A DNA stretch of 55,107 bases, counting the filler, from Catajapyx aquilonaris (Eukaryota), in the NCBI GenBank assembly GCA_000934665.2. It is 3 parts of 3 records of this genome, joined end to end, with 100 filler letters (N's around TTAATTAATTAA, not from the genome) between each part and the next. Parts side by side here need not be neighbours in the genome. Positions count along the whole stretch, not along the records: positions 1 to 18,284 come from JYFJ02006729.1; 2 more parts are not named here. One strand, given 5' to 3'. This document shows, piece after piece, positions 1 through 13,100 of this stretch. Below the pieces are notes generated by a model. That model was given only the letters and a program-made list of their open reading frames with translations, was not told where the DNA came from and did no database searches. Position 1 is the first letter of the stretch. Each line of letters starts with the position of its first letter. Both the position numbers and the translations under genes were made by a program.

Positions 1-138
1 GTGAGTAATTGTTTCCCTTTGTCATGTGTGAGGTTATATGGAGTGCAAATTGTCATAGTTAGCCTATCATAAGAAGTTGTTTTAATCCAGTAATGTTATA
101 ATAGAAGGTTCATGTAAACTTTATTCCTTATTGTAAAG

Positions 139-988
139 ACCCTGACCGAAGCCATGGAAGCTCGTCGACCAATCCTAAATGAAAAAGTTGACATTTACAA
201 ACCAGAGATGATTTTAGTGGACTCAGATGATTCAGAAGATTATCCTAAAGGTAAGTTAGACACAGCACATGTCAAACTTTGGTTATCCAGCACCTCACAG
301 TATATATTGTGCCTTTTGTTCCAGCAGACCATCGTGTTACTGAAACGAGTGTAAAAGAAGCATTATCTGTGGTCATGGAAAAATTTGACATCAAATTCCA
401 GCTGGAAGAAGGCCAGAAAATTTTAAATCAACGCATCGTCCAAGCTGAAGAAAATCTGTCCACTGTTAGCGACAAGTATGCATCACTTCGAAAAAGTCTG
501 GATGGCCTCATGGACGATGTGTATGGATGCTTTAAACCTGTAGTGGAGGTAAGAATCTTATAATTGTCTTGTACATGAGTAATTTTTCCGTGACATTGAA
601 ATGGGTAGTTGCTGCTTTCTTGGCATAAATATTGCATGTATGGGCTAACTCTACTTCTGATCATGCTTGCATTGATATACTGCAGTGTTTTATATCATGT
701 GAATGCTGGCATGGAAGAACGTTGTAAGTGTCATTTTGGCTGTTTTGAGTTGACACTGTATAGAAACGTAGCAAATGACCAGCTGGTTCGAACGGTATAG
801 TCCACCCAACTCTATCCGTTCATTTAGCCGAGAAAAAGCCGGACATTCCAGCAAGAGTGCATTCAGTTTGCATGGGATCCACGGCAGAAAAACACGTCTC
901 CTGAAAAGTTGCCAAAAATCATTTGCAACGTTCTTCCATGCCAGCATTCATGTGCTTCTACTCTTCTCAACAGAATAAATGTGTGTGA
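139..988 (+). CDS. 3' exons of an unidentified spliced gene (acidic stretch plus coiled-coil-like segment); 5' part lies outside the window
   Basis: Window opens with a GTGAGT donor. Phase-consistent exons: 139-250 (AG|...|GTAAGT, TLTEAMEARRP...DYPK), 328-548 (NAGNAG acceptor at 325/328; DHRVTETSVKE...KPVVE|GTAAGA) and a likely terminal exon 974-988 (NKCV*). No family recognised. Confidence 0.55.
696..954. mobile_element. MITE with ~45-bp terminal inverted repeats, intronic
   Basis: TGAATGCTGGCATGGAAGAACGTTG at ~700-724 is the reverse complement of CAACGTTCTTCCATGCCAGCATTCA at ~926-950. Confidence 0.7.
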
Positions 989-1635
989 AGGTGTAGTAAT
1001 TGTTGTTACTTGTTACAATTATTTTGCAGAAGCTTCCAGAGATTCAAATAACAGACACACAACCTGATGATACTGCTCTTGCTGACAATGCTACTGGCAA
1101 TAATGGGGCTGTAGGAAGGACTTCTAACCCCAGTTTCAAGACAGGTCACCATGAAGATTGATTCTTTATTGTGCATTTTTTGTAGCATTTGTAGGAGGTT
1201 TTATATTACGATGTTTACTTTTACATGGTGCATTTATATATATATAATAATAACTAGTGGACCCGTAGCCAAAATTTGGCAAAACATAATACTATCAGGA
1301 TGACAATGGGAATGAAAACATGTGGCAAATACTCATTTTATTTCAAACAACAATTCAAACAATTCAAACATTTTCAATGTTGCAACAATGCAAGCAACAA
1401 TGTTAAAACAATTGGGATATTGCGGGATATAGGGAAACGGGAAGTTGGGGGCAGTAACATGTCAGGAGTAATTACATACGGGAATCGTACCTGAAATTTG
1501 TGGCAAAACCAATACCATCTCTAATTTCAAAATTCATGTCAAATTTTTGTAATACATTTATCAAATCATCACGTTCATTATTATTTTCTTGTCCTAAATT
1601 GCTTGTTGCTTTTCAAAGGCACAAACTGTAAATAC

Positions 1636-2954
1636 TTACTACTTGAACCCAAAATAACAGGAATTGCATCTTTTGTTAAGTTGTTGTCAGTTAACATTAG
1701 TGTGTGCAGATTGTCAAATTTCATGTATTTTAAAAATTGGGTGCAAAAAAGGAAAACCAGAAAATAGGTTCGTTTCGACTATCTTCAAGTGATTGCCAGT
1801 CAAGATTTGTCTAAGATATCTTAATGGCATATGATAACATTTTTTATAATGAAAATGTTCTATAATTATGTTGAAATGCACAGAGACTTAGACACAGATT
1901 ATACCCTATGCACTGATTTGAATCAATATCTAGTGACTTTAGATTTGGCATAATCTTCTCTATAGCTGGCAAGTTCAACCCCATACATAGAGATACATTC
2001 AGATACTCCAGTTTAGGGAAGGGAATATTTGTTTCCTTTCCGAAAATTGAATTGAGCCCATACATCTGAAATAGAGTTAACCTCGTAATATGCCTCAAGC
2101 AGTTATCCAAAAGACAGTGCAGGATAGTTGCTGATCCTCCTACAAAATGCAAACTTTTCAGATTAGTCAATCTGTTTAAATCACTTAGATCTACTCCACC
2201 ACTCAAGCCTACGTCAATCTGCTCCAAGTTTGGGAAATAGGTAGCCACCTTATCAAGAATGCCCGGATCCTGTGCATTGATGCGTGCGTGTGTGTATATG
2301 TGTGAATCAGTGTCTTGGGCAAAGACCTTCAAGGAAGGAAATGGATGTTGACATAATGACAAAAGGCCCTTTACCTGACTAATTTGCAAAATCTCTAAAT
2401 TTGGTAGATTATCAAGCAAGTATAATGCATCTTCTGGTTTGATGCTTGCACCTACAATGATTTGCTTCAAATATTTGAAAATTTCAAGGGTACGCAAGTC
2501 ATGTGGTGGTGTTAAGCAGCTTAATGTAATACTATCCAGGAGTGGAAAATGTTGAATTAGTGGGTTCAAGATGTCTTGGGTAATGAAAGGGGAGATTTCC
2601 ATTGATCTTAGTTTTCCAAGTGGTGGGATTGAATAGGGACTTATGAGACTTCCTTTATGTGTCACTCTGTCACTGATATCTTCAAGAACTTCCAAGTCCC
2701 TCATGACGTGTAGACTGTATATCAATTGACTGTACCAGTTAGCTGAGAGATGAATATATCCTTTTCTCACAATCTCAGTGCAATTGGGATGTAATGCACA
2801 GCTTATGTTGAAACATTCCTCCAACCGTGCACACAGTATCCTCCAAATCTCTGCCACATATTCATTTGCTATTGTAATTGGGATCCTAGCGACGTACTGA
2901 GATATCTCGCAGGCTCAAAATCTCCAGACTTACAGGCTGCTTAATTCTTGGCAT
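1636..2954 (-). pseudogene. Leucine-rich repeat protein; 337-aa open core (2857-1844) with out-of-frame N- and C-terminal pieces
   Basis: Repeated LRR motifs (LPNLEILQI, FPNLEQIDV, LTNLKSLHF, FPKLEYLNVS, MPNLKSLDI). Upstream ATG at 2954 (MPRIKQPVSLEILSL) is 97 nt away and out of frame. A further LRR (FDNLHTLMLTDNNLT) lies at ~1720-1640 past the stop. Confidence 0.65.
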
Positions 2955-3578
2955 GATCTGTGGAATGATTTAAATTAGAATATGTTTGTAGATGTAGAAA
3001 GAATACTCAAATAAAAGTTTATTGTATTTGATGAGGGATTGATGTGTCATGATTTCTGATGATATGAAGGAGGAAGTCTAGTTTTCTAGGTGTGCAAAAA
3101 AACGTCAAACAATGTAAATCCTCAGTGTTGTCACGTTTACAAAGTTTCGACTGTGTCCATGCACACAGCATACGTGGTGTTTTGGATTCTCATGTGATAG
3201 GCTATTTATTGTATATAGATAGAATATTTTATTTACATGAGTGAAAAATTTATATTTTAGAAAGGCGGAAGGAACACTCACATAAATATTCTTGGTTTTG
3301 ATCAAAAGTTGAGGTGTTAAAAAGATTAATGATGAGGTGGAGGGAATGTAGTTCATTTTGTTTGCAAAGAATTTCAAACAATATAAATACACAGTGTTAT
3401 GACGTACCGGTATCCAAGGTTTCCACTTGGACGATGTACCCAGCATGAATGGTGTTTTGGTGTTAGGGTCGATAGCCTGTGAAGTCTATGAAGTAATACG
3501 CTATATACATACATGAGTAATAATTATGTTTATGGATAGGGTGTAATGGATATTCACACCAAAGTTTCTTGTATTTGT

Positions 3579-3815
3579 TTAGAGGTTGAGTTGCAAAACC
3601 TCGTGATATACGACATTCTTGGTGTGCAACGTTCCTTGTGAAGTGAACACTTTGACATGTTTCGGGTTTTTTGATCTGGATAGTGAAACATACAGCTGTC
3701 CATGTGAGAACACAGGTTCTTGCAGGTAAATGCCCACGTGCTCAAATGTCTGGCCCTGTGATTTGTTAACTGTCATGGCATATGCTGGTATGATGGGGAA
3801 CTGGAGGCGTTTTAG
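3579..3815 (-). pseudogene. Helitron RepHel PIF1-like helicase C-terminal fragment
   Basis: RLQFPIIPAYAMTVNKSQGQT...VGIYL.EPVFSHGQLYVSLSR...TKNVVYHEVL: SF1B motifs V/VI with the Helitron-type tail. Confidence 0.9.
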
Positions 3816-3967
3816 GCATGTTGTTGGTAAGGGCGATGTGAGTGAAGACTTTCCAGAGTGGGCTGGATTTGATGCAACTTTCGATGACATCCGCTCGACT
3901 ACCTCTAGGAATCACTGGTAGTGTCTGTCTGAAATCGCCTCCGATTACAATAGCACAGTGTTATCAC

Positions 3968-4077
3968 CAGGGATGGAAAAAGAACCGCTTCTTGGAAGGA
4001 AGCGGTTCTTTTTTCCATGTTCAGGGTTGGAAAAAAGAACCGCTTCCTTCCAAGAAGCGGTTCTTTTTCCATCCCTG
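3968..4077. mobile_element. 110-bp hAT-like palindromic MITE
   Basis: Ends CAGGGATGGAAAAAGAACCGCTTC...GAAGCGGTTCTTTTTCCATCCCTG. Flanks GTTATCAC / GTTTATCAC form a near 8-bp TSD. Confidence 0.7.
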
Positions 4078-4164
4078 GTTTATCACGTATCCACGGATAC
4101 ACGTAAATAATAAGAGTAAATGAGACACATTACTGGCCTACTCTGTGTTGATTTGGGTGTTCCA

Positions 4165-4502
4165 GCAGCCTCATTACTGAGATATACACTCTTTAGCGAT
4201 TTTTGCCTAATCGCTCCTTCTGACTTTTAAATAGAATTTTCTGGTGTAACTAGCCAAAGAGGCCTTACCACCTGTGGGCAACAAACCAACAAAGTCCCGC
4301 CCCCAGACCTTCCAGAGACTTCTGACTGGGGAAGGGTTCGATGGGTGGCCTAACCGACAGGATATTTTGTACTACATGTTTGCGGCCAATTATCTCAGTA
4401 ATGCGGCGGCCAGACATAATGACTCCTATACTTAAATCGATCCTCTGGTGGCTAGGAAGGCAGTCATATACGTCGGGGCACTCAGTTCAGATACACTCCG
4501 TA
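4165..4502. mobile_element. Truncated, inverted copy of the Tc1/mariner-type MITE at 25284-25721
   Basis: Near-identical reverse complement of ~25284-25630 (e.g. AAAGTCCCGCCCCCAGACCTTCCAGAG). Confidence 0.8.
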
Positions 4503-4599
4503 TGTGCAAATTATACGAAATATTATGCACTTACAGATTGAAGTGTACGATGCAGATGGTGCAAATACCTATAGTGCAAAGTAATACTCTTTTCCAGAT

Positions 4600-4618
4600 G
4601 GCTGATAACGGGGTATGA

Positions 4619-4666
<48 letters not shown>

Positions 4667-4676
4667 CATCATCATT
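4600..4676 (+). repeat. SINE 3' tail (GCTGATAACGGGGTATGAT) with (ATT)n microsatellite
   Basis: Same tail as the SINE copies ending at ~33828 (+) and ~32449 (-). Confidence 0.7.
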
Positions 4677-6384
4677 ACTCTTTTCCAGATTTTACCTGAG
4701 AGGTGTAGCCGATGAATTGGCAGCTCATTTCACAGCATGCTGTAGATAGTGTAGAAGGAGGGACTGCGAGTGGCAGAAAGTAGACGACACAAATAAGGGG
4801 AAAACAGAGGCAGTGGGGCCAGGCCATGAGTTGAGGCTGGGCTTGGTTGTTTACAGCATTTAATGTGGAGATATCGTGTAGAGATATGCAGATAAATATA
4901 ATAGGTTTTCCTGTCAAAATCCTTTTATGCTATGTTAATGAACTGTTGTGGACACATTCGATTTTCTCTGAAAGTGTGAGTCCAATCCTCCGGGGCTGAG
5001 TTGGGTTGTGAAATCGCGAATATCTCTGAAACTATGCGAGTCCATTGAAATATTTCTTCGAGCACATGAAGTACCGGTACGTCCAACGTAGAATCGATTC
5101 CACCCATTTTGGAACCCAGCACATTCACTCCGGGTGCTGGCATAAAGTTAGCCCCCGGATATTGAAACTGGAATATCTCTGAAACTATGAGGGTCCAATC
5201 AAAAATTCTTTCGAGCACATTCACTACACCTCACATGCCGATTCTGGCACATTCCTTTACTCGTCTAGCACATTCACTTTACAGCGGTGTAAAAACTCGT
5301 TATTTAATTTTTTAGGTTCTTGTTAATACGAGATAGATAGCTCGTAGATAGCAAAAATACACATATATACATATTTCATTTAAAAATCGCACCTCTAAAA
5401 AAGGTTTAGCAGTCACGCTGTCACAATCGCAAGAGGCACCGCTCCCCCCCCCCTCCCCACCAGGTACTTTCTGAAAAACACCGAATATTGAATCAGCTTT
5501 GCAATATGGAATTCAAATTGTTGGAATAACTTTTCCAAAATCATCCTTCAGATGATCCAACTATGCCGTTGCATAGACTGAAAACATATTCGAGGGCTAC
5601 AATGTGTCAGGACCGACTACTTGGTCTTGCATTAATGCACATTCCCTGACACATTACCGGCGATGTTGAAAATGTAATAAAACTTAACCAGATTTGACAG
5701 AAGTGGAAAAAGCAAGCGGAGACTGGAATTTATTTGATGTCCGCCTGCCTTTTCCACTTTGGACAAATCTGTACATGATTGTAACACGTAAAGCTGGTTT
5801 GGAAAAAATAAAAATAAAAATCTAAAGTGGTGATTTTTTTGTGCCCTACTCTCTGGTCTAATACACAAGAACGTGCAAATACTCCTAGCGACATTAAATA
5901 TATTAAACTTACAATAATCGCATGTTTTCCTGGAAGATAAGCAACCCACAGAACTGTTGCCTGGAATTCACCGGGGGGGGGGGGGGCAATTATGGGTCCT
6001 TGCCTGCCTCAGATCCCATCTGGCATCCACCTTTACTTGGGTAGGGATTCCTGGGTGCCCCAACTAAAGTGTAGCTGATATTTTAGCCCACTTTATCACT
6101 CGGGCTGCCAGACCTGTTTTATCTCGTTCTCTCTGCTTGTCAAAAAAATAAAAATAAAATAAAATATTTAAAAACCCTGGAGATGCCAGGGTCTGCACCA
6201 TGGTCTGAGTGCTCCGAGATTTTCCACTTGAATTGTTCAAGACATTCAGCAATCCCAGTGTGTGAACTGCCATTTGCAGTCAAGCCAAACCAGGGTGCAG
6301 TCAAGTCAACCAGCACCTTTATTTGTTATTGTTAATTTTACAGTTTTATTTTTATCCTAGGGCTATTGTGAATTAATATTTATT

Positions 6385-6736
6385 AATTTATTTATTTTAC
6401 TTACCCCATTGGGAGAATCATCGCTCCTTTAGGGGGGTGGAATACCATCATTTTTCATTTCTATTTGTCTGAATTTTTCTCCTAACACAGTGCCGAGGAG
6501 AAAGATAAATGGGGATGGGAATGGGGATTTGTTGGGGAGGGGTCGTAGGTGAAAGTGCAATGTCTCAAACTGGGCCATGTGCAGTCCCCCAGGAGGTTAG
6601 GTTGCCAGAGACCTCCAAGGCACAGGTCAGACACCCTCCTGACGCAGGCGAAAGGGAACTCCCAGGCAGGGATCGAACCTGGGACCTTTCGCTCAGCAAG
6701 CCGAGACGTTACCATCTCGGCCACCGCGTGCTCCCC
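6385..6736 (-). mobile_element. tRNA-derived SINE, family A
   Basis: GGTGGCCGAGATGG A-box-like and GGTTCGATCCC B-box. Body shared with copies at 7470-8046, 10941-11271, 31993-32345 and 50460-50790. Confidence 0.85.
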
Positions 6737-6963
6737 TTGTGAATTAATATGTGATAGCATAAGCAATGTTTTAAGAATTTTACAGACACGAGAAAGTGAA
6801 AACAAAACCTGTGATTTGCTTTATGATGTCTGGAAACAAATGTGCCATATTAGCAAGGTAGTATGCCTGTATGGGAAACTCTGGGAATGATGAAAAGAGT
6901 AAGCTACAATAACAAATTCCATTTGCTCATTTGAAAATGCCTGGCCTTCAGCAAGGTGATTTA

Positions 6964-9900
6964 TTACTCCACTGAAATCTCCCGATGCGACTTCCGGACA
7001 AACTTCTTGAGGGCATATTTCCTGGTGCCAAAATGTTGTGTCCTTGGCTCTAACATGTTTCGTCTCTGCATACTGGCAAGGCAATCCCTCAGAAGATTTC
7101 CCTCCTGCCTTAACATGACCAGGTTTCCAGGAATTTCTCCACTAAGCTTCACATCGAGCTCCTCCCCTTCAAAACGTCTCTTACCCAAGACCTTGGTTAC
7201 TTGGTCTGACTGGGCTTTCTTTTTGGCTTTTGCAACTTGCCGGAGAGTTGATATCTTCTCTTCATGTGCAATCTCCTTCTTTAAGGATCGCAATCTGAAA
7301 TAAAGCAACCAAGGGTAACTCACAAAAAGGTGCTCAAGGAATGGTGCCTGAAGTAAGACGCAGTGGTCTACTAGCCTCGTTATGCTACTGGGCAGCCAAT
7401 TGGGAGGAGAGAGGATTCATGATGTCAATATACATTTGGGATTCACAGGTTGCCTGGAGCCTTTTTTTTCTTTTTTTTTATTTTTTTAAATATGTTTACC
7501 CCATAGGCCAGTGGTTTCCAACCGGGGGGTCAGTCAGGGTTGCAAGCCGTGTTTCATCTTTTGTATTTGCAATTTCTGGGTCAATTGAACCATTTTTGCC
7601 ACCCTACAGAGTGTATGTTTTCTGGAAAGGGGGTAGTTGTAGGAGGGGCTGGGACAGGGGAGGAAGGGGGGGGGGGGGGGGTTGCACATTTATGGAAACA
7701 TGTTTAGGGGGTCGCAGTTGGTAAAAGGTTGGAAACCACTGCCCTTTCAGAGGGGTGGATTACCACCATGTTCACTCCATTATCTTCAATCACAGGTGCA
7801 AGGAGTCAAGGATGTGAGGGTAGGGATAGGGATTTTTGGGGAGGGAACATGAGGTGCAAGTGGAAGGTCTGTAAAGGGGTCGTGTGCGGTTCCCCCTGGA
7901 GGAGGTTAGGTTGCCAGACACCTCCAAGGTGCAGGTCAGAGATCCTCCTGACGCAGGCAAAAGGGAACTCCCCAGGCAGGGATCGAACCTGGGGCCTTTC
8001 ACTTAGCAAGTGGAGACATTACCATCTCGGCCGTCTACGCCTCCCCTTGCCTGGAGACTTTCTGTTAGGAATATTGTGGGTGGGGGTAATTCGTTAGAGG
8101 AGTGGTTTCCAACAGGTGGGTCGCGACCCCCAGGGGCGTCGCGGGCAGGGTCGCGAGCCTTGGTTCAACTTTTTCTATGTAATTTCTGTGCCAATTGAAC
8201 CAATTTTGCGGCCGCACAGTGTATGTTTTCTGGAAAGGGCCAGTTGTAGGAGGGGTCGGGGGAGGGGGGAGGGAGGGGGGTCGCACATTTATGGAACCAT
8301 GTTCAGGGGGCCGCAGTTGGTAAAAGGTTGGAAACCACTGCATTAGAGAGATGTCATGACACCTTTGGATCCTTCCTTGCACTGAAAATTAGTGCACACT
8401 AATGACATTTTCATGTGATGTCATCGCATTCTTTCACTGAAAGGACTGTATTATAATACAAAAAAAGAGAAGAAATTCAGATACCTTCCCCAAAGTGTTT
8501 TCACTTGAGCAGGCAAAATAAAATGGGCAATATGCAATGTCGGGACACAGTGCAAGACACCTGGTCTCAGAACTTTCTGAGAGAATGGCTCAATCAATAT
8601 TCAAACCTTCCACAGATTGTGCTGCAATTGCTCTACCTCTTTCCTCTCAAGTCAAAAATTCTGCCAACCTGTATACTTCATGTAGCTTCCTATTTTCTGC
8701 TTTCCTATTTCGTGCTCTCAGTTGTTCGTCTTTGACCTTCTTTTCTTTCCTCCTTTGCTTTGCTGTCTTACGCTTCTCTGGCTGAACTGTCACCCCTGGT
8801 TCACCTTCCATATCCTTATCATCTGGCGTGTCATTCACCTCTTCTTCCATGCTGCTGGTACCAGGCAATCCCTCGGACATCTCCTTTCTCCATGTATCCT
8901 GCACCAGAACAAGAACTTCATTAATGTATCATCACTTCCAAAAATATTAAGTCGATCTCTGTTGCTAGGCTCCAACAAGTTCAGTGGAAAACTGGCTACG
9001 TCTCGGCTTGCTATTGCACAGAGTGATTCCTAAAGAGATTCACTCTTTCAACTTTCTCAACCTTCCTTTCGGAAATAAGTGTACTCTGAAAAACTGATTT
9101 AGAAGTTGAGGTGAATGTCGGAGAAATGTTGTCGGAGGTGCCAAAGGTGAGCTGAGCAATTAGTGACATGTTGGGGTGTTTTAAATTCAGAGTTTGGGAA
9201 AGTGCATTTATTTATTCATTTAGGCATTTTACCTGTCTCCCCTAACAGGTAAGTGCATTGGAAGAGAAGCTATGGTGACGACTCGGCAGGGGGAAATGCT
9301 GTCACATTACTGCCAACGCAGTTTATCAAAAAGTCCCTGCTGGCCGCGAGCCAGTGAAGCCTGTGTTAACTGAAGAAAATCAGACTACCCTGCTTCCATG
9401 TCACAGTAGATGCTGCAAGTTAAAGACAACTGAACTTGTTGCATCATATTGTTGGACGTCCTCTGAAGCATATGACAATCAGTCATGCTGATTTCACTCC
9501 TTACATTGTCCTGAAGTCGTGCAAGTGACTTTGGCCAATTCTGATGAACTCATTCCTTTAGGTGTCCCAAAAGTAGAAAATCAAGACTAATCCGATCATG
9601 TGATCTGGGTAGTCACAATTTCTTAGAAATTATGCGAACAGTGAAGAAGCTGCAAATTAGAGCCATTGACTAATTCCATTGGATGTGTGGCATGCAGCAT
9701 TGCCATCCTGTTGTAAGTAAACCTTGAACAACTCCCAAGTCGTCAATGTGCCACACAAAAATTCTGTGAAGATGTGACCATAAACAAACTTGTCAAAGAA
9801 AATGCTCCCAATGATCCTTGTAACTTTCACACTAGTGACAGTATTGTTGGTTTTTTTGAAACATCTCACACAACAAACTAGTCCAAAACACCATTCGGGT

Positions 9901-10145
9901 GACAGCCAAAGAATTTGGCCTCCGTTTTCACACTGAGAGAGGCCGGGGAAGAGTGTACTCCGTTGATGCTGACTAACAACTAGCCACCACCCTGTTAGTG
10001 CTGGATGTAATGTCAGAGCATTATCCCTGCTGAGTTGCTGTAATATCTCCCCTTCCAATGTTCTTTCCCACTCTCTAAATAAAAAACACCACTAATCCAC
10101 CACCCTAAAAGGGCTTCGTTCCCTCCAATGCAATGGGGTAAACAA

Positions 10146-10192
<47 letters not shown>

Positions 10193-13100
10193 TAACAACA
10201 ACAACAATAAACACTACTGTCATACTTATTATTAATATTAACATTACCTTTGGCACCTCTGACAACATTGCTCAAAAGTTCACCTTTATTTTTAAATCGA
10301 TGTTTCTGCAAGGAGGTTAGAGCACATTGAAAGGGTAAAGCTCTAAGACCCATCCTGTGTATTACAGTTCAGTCGAGACATCACTGGAATTCCAATTACG
10401 TTATTGGAGCCTAGCAACAGTGTCTTCATCCTTTAGCCTATCACATTGAAACAAGATTGGCAATTGGCAAGCGTGATTCGAGTATACTTTTTTCTTGTGG
10501 CCAAGGAAATTTTAACTGGACAACAATGACATAGAATATTGTCAGTCTCACTTCTCATGAAACCTATTCAGGGTCCGCTGAATCCGAATCCAAAAACCGT
10601 TTGTTGCTATCCCTTGCGGTCTAGGCCCTGATACCAGTCCACAGACGAACGGATGGACGGATGGACAGAGCTGTTCTATGAGACTTTTTAAATGAGAAAA
10701 AGTCTAAAAGTCCATATGGAATGGTGGGAAGAAAAATAGCCTGAGATGACATACCGGTGGGAGTGGAATGTAGGTTGTTTTTCTCTGAAGCTTTCTTTCC
10801 GCTTCAAACTCCTTAGTTGCAACTTCTGAAGCTTTGCGTAAAAGCTCCTGATGATCATCCAAAGCAGGATTGTATGATGTACCTAAAATAATTATGCTGA
10901 GTTTAATGCAAATCGTTACACCTGTGCCTTTTACACTATTGGAGGGGAGGCGTGGTGGTCGAGTTGGTAACGACTCGGATTGCTGAGTGGAAGGTCCCAG
11001 GTTTGATACCCTCCCGGGAGCCCCCTTTCACCTGCATCAGGAGGGTCTCTGACCCATGCCTTGGAGGCGTCTGGCAACCTAACCTCCAGGGAGACTGCAC
11101 ATGGCCCAGTTTCAGTCATTGCACCAGCACCCGTCTCTCCTCCCTAAAAAATCCCCATCCCTACCTCATGTCCTTTCTTCCCTGCAGAGTTCGAAGAAAA
11201 TAGACAGAAAATAGATTGAAAAATGGTGGTGTTCCCAGCGCTGTTCTCGCTTAACGCGGAAATATAAATAAATTTCAAATAACACTATTGGAAAAAACTA
11301 GTGAACCTTTCATGTATCAGATGTCGGTAGCCTACCTATTTTTATTTCCGAATAACTTTCCAACGAGTACATTTTGTTAACATCTGCCCCCTTTATCAGC
11401 CCCACCACGGCAAGAAGTGTCAACCTGTGCCTGCTAACAGCGCCACCGCGGATGAAGTGTAAAGGTGTGCTCGCTAGCAATGCCACAGTAGCAAAGTGTC
11501 ACCCAGATAAATTCTTATGAATTCCCACACATTTTGAATCATGTTTGACTTCCGTAGGTGTACTCGTTGGAAAGTTATTCGGAAATAAAAATAGGTACTG
11601 ACTTCTGATACACCCTGTAGTTCTAGACTACAGAGAAACAATAGAAGCACAATAAAGGATGAGGAAAATATGGAATGTGACAACAAAATATTATAAATAG
11701 ATGAATTTTCACCACACTATAAATGAATAAAATCTAACACAAGTTTTTGCTTAATTGAGCATTGGCAAAAAGATGTTGCCATATTGTCCAGGTTTTACAT
11801 GGAGGATCACTGACATCGATTTTTGAGTTGGGCTCTAACAATCAGCAAAAATCCTAATTCTGGCAGTGAAATCTGGTTTAACCTACTTGCAGTGAAACAA
11901 CAACTCCAGAGATGGAGGTTACCTCACAGTTGGCTGCTAAGTCTCTGCTGCTTTTTGCACACAATTCCCTAACAACCACACAAACATTCTGGGTGTTGCA
12001 AACCATATCATCATTTCCACTATAAGTCTATAACCAAGGGCTGCCTTATGCTCACAACCCCATCTTCTCGCCCCATCTCTCCCATGACCTAGTGGGGATG
12101 GGGATGCCAGATGAAACAGTGGTTTTCTTCCCTCACACATTCTTGATGTCACCTAAGCTGCTAGTCAGGATTTTTCTCTTGATTTTTCGAGCCCAACTTG
12201 CAAATCAATATGTGTCCCACTAAGACAGTTTCTAATTGTTGTGCAAAATAATTACAGATATTATACTCAATTTTTGTCTCTGCTTCAATAAATGCACTTA
12301 GTTACGTAGGCCTATTCAGAAAAGTTTACACAATGCTATGTTGTTTCCAATTAAAGCCTCGCAATTTCGATGATCTGAGCTTAAAACAGACATCCTAGGG
12401 TAGTGCTTGACCTTACGGTATGCAGCATGGACCTTTATTGTGTAGTTGTACATTTTTGGAACCTTTTTGCGAAGCGCCCGGGTCCATGGGCAGGATGACA
12501 GGAGGGGATGTGCAAGGTGCAGTGCAATGTCGTTGCTATGGTCATTTGGTGAACTCCCCCGGGTGGTTTGCCTTAACGGAAATACCACCTGAGACAAAGC
12601 CAGAGATGACCCCGAACTCTGCACGAGATGAAGGGGGTAACCCCGGGCTGGGATCGAACCCGGGACCTTAACATCCGTGGGCGCATATGTTACTGCAGCG
12701 CCACTCCTCCTCCCTGAGCTTAAAACAGAGATGTGAATGCTTGAATATCAATCAAAAAGTTGTGATTTGTCGTCTCTGAGACTTCTTTTCCTATACACCC
12801 TCTCCATGTCCTGCACTAAATATAGCTAGTGGTGTACCCATGGCCCATGTCCACACTCCATAGGTCTGCGTGCATTATATTAGTATAGTCAATAAGTTCC
12901 CGTCCCGGCCGCGGGAGGCCGGCAGGTGACACGGAGACAGGTGCTGCTGTGGTTGGCTGTGAGGTACATTAGCAGTCGCCAACCTGGCCAAGAGTGAACT
13001 CGGTGTGCTGCGTAATAGCTGCGGTACACAGTCGAAAAATGTCGTTCACCATATGAGGCGCGTCCAAGGCGGACGAACGGACAGTAATTCAGTTCCTGTG

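Larger units (their letters stand above)
1254..3905 (-). mobile_element. 5'-truncated Helitron (3' terminus plus RepHel helicase C-terminus)
   Basis: Minus strand reads GCCAAATTTTGGC hairpin (1280-1268), then CTAG (1257-1254), then T, matching the Helitron 3' end pattern. A same-strand PIF1-type helicase fragment lies upstream. Confidence 0.65.

Noticed and set aside
1636..1720. THAP-like DAIPVI motif
   Set aside because: No C2CH ligands; the segment fits an LRR continuation.
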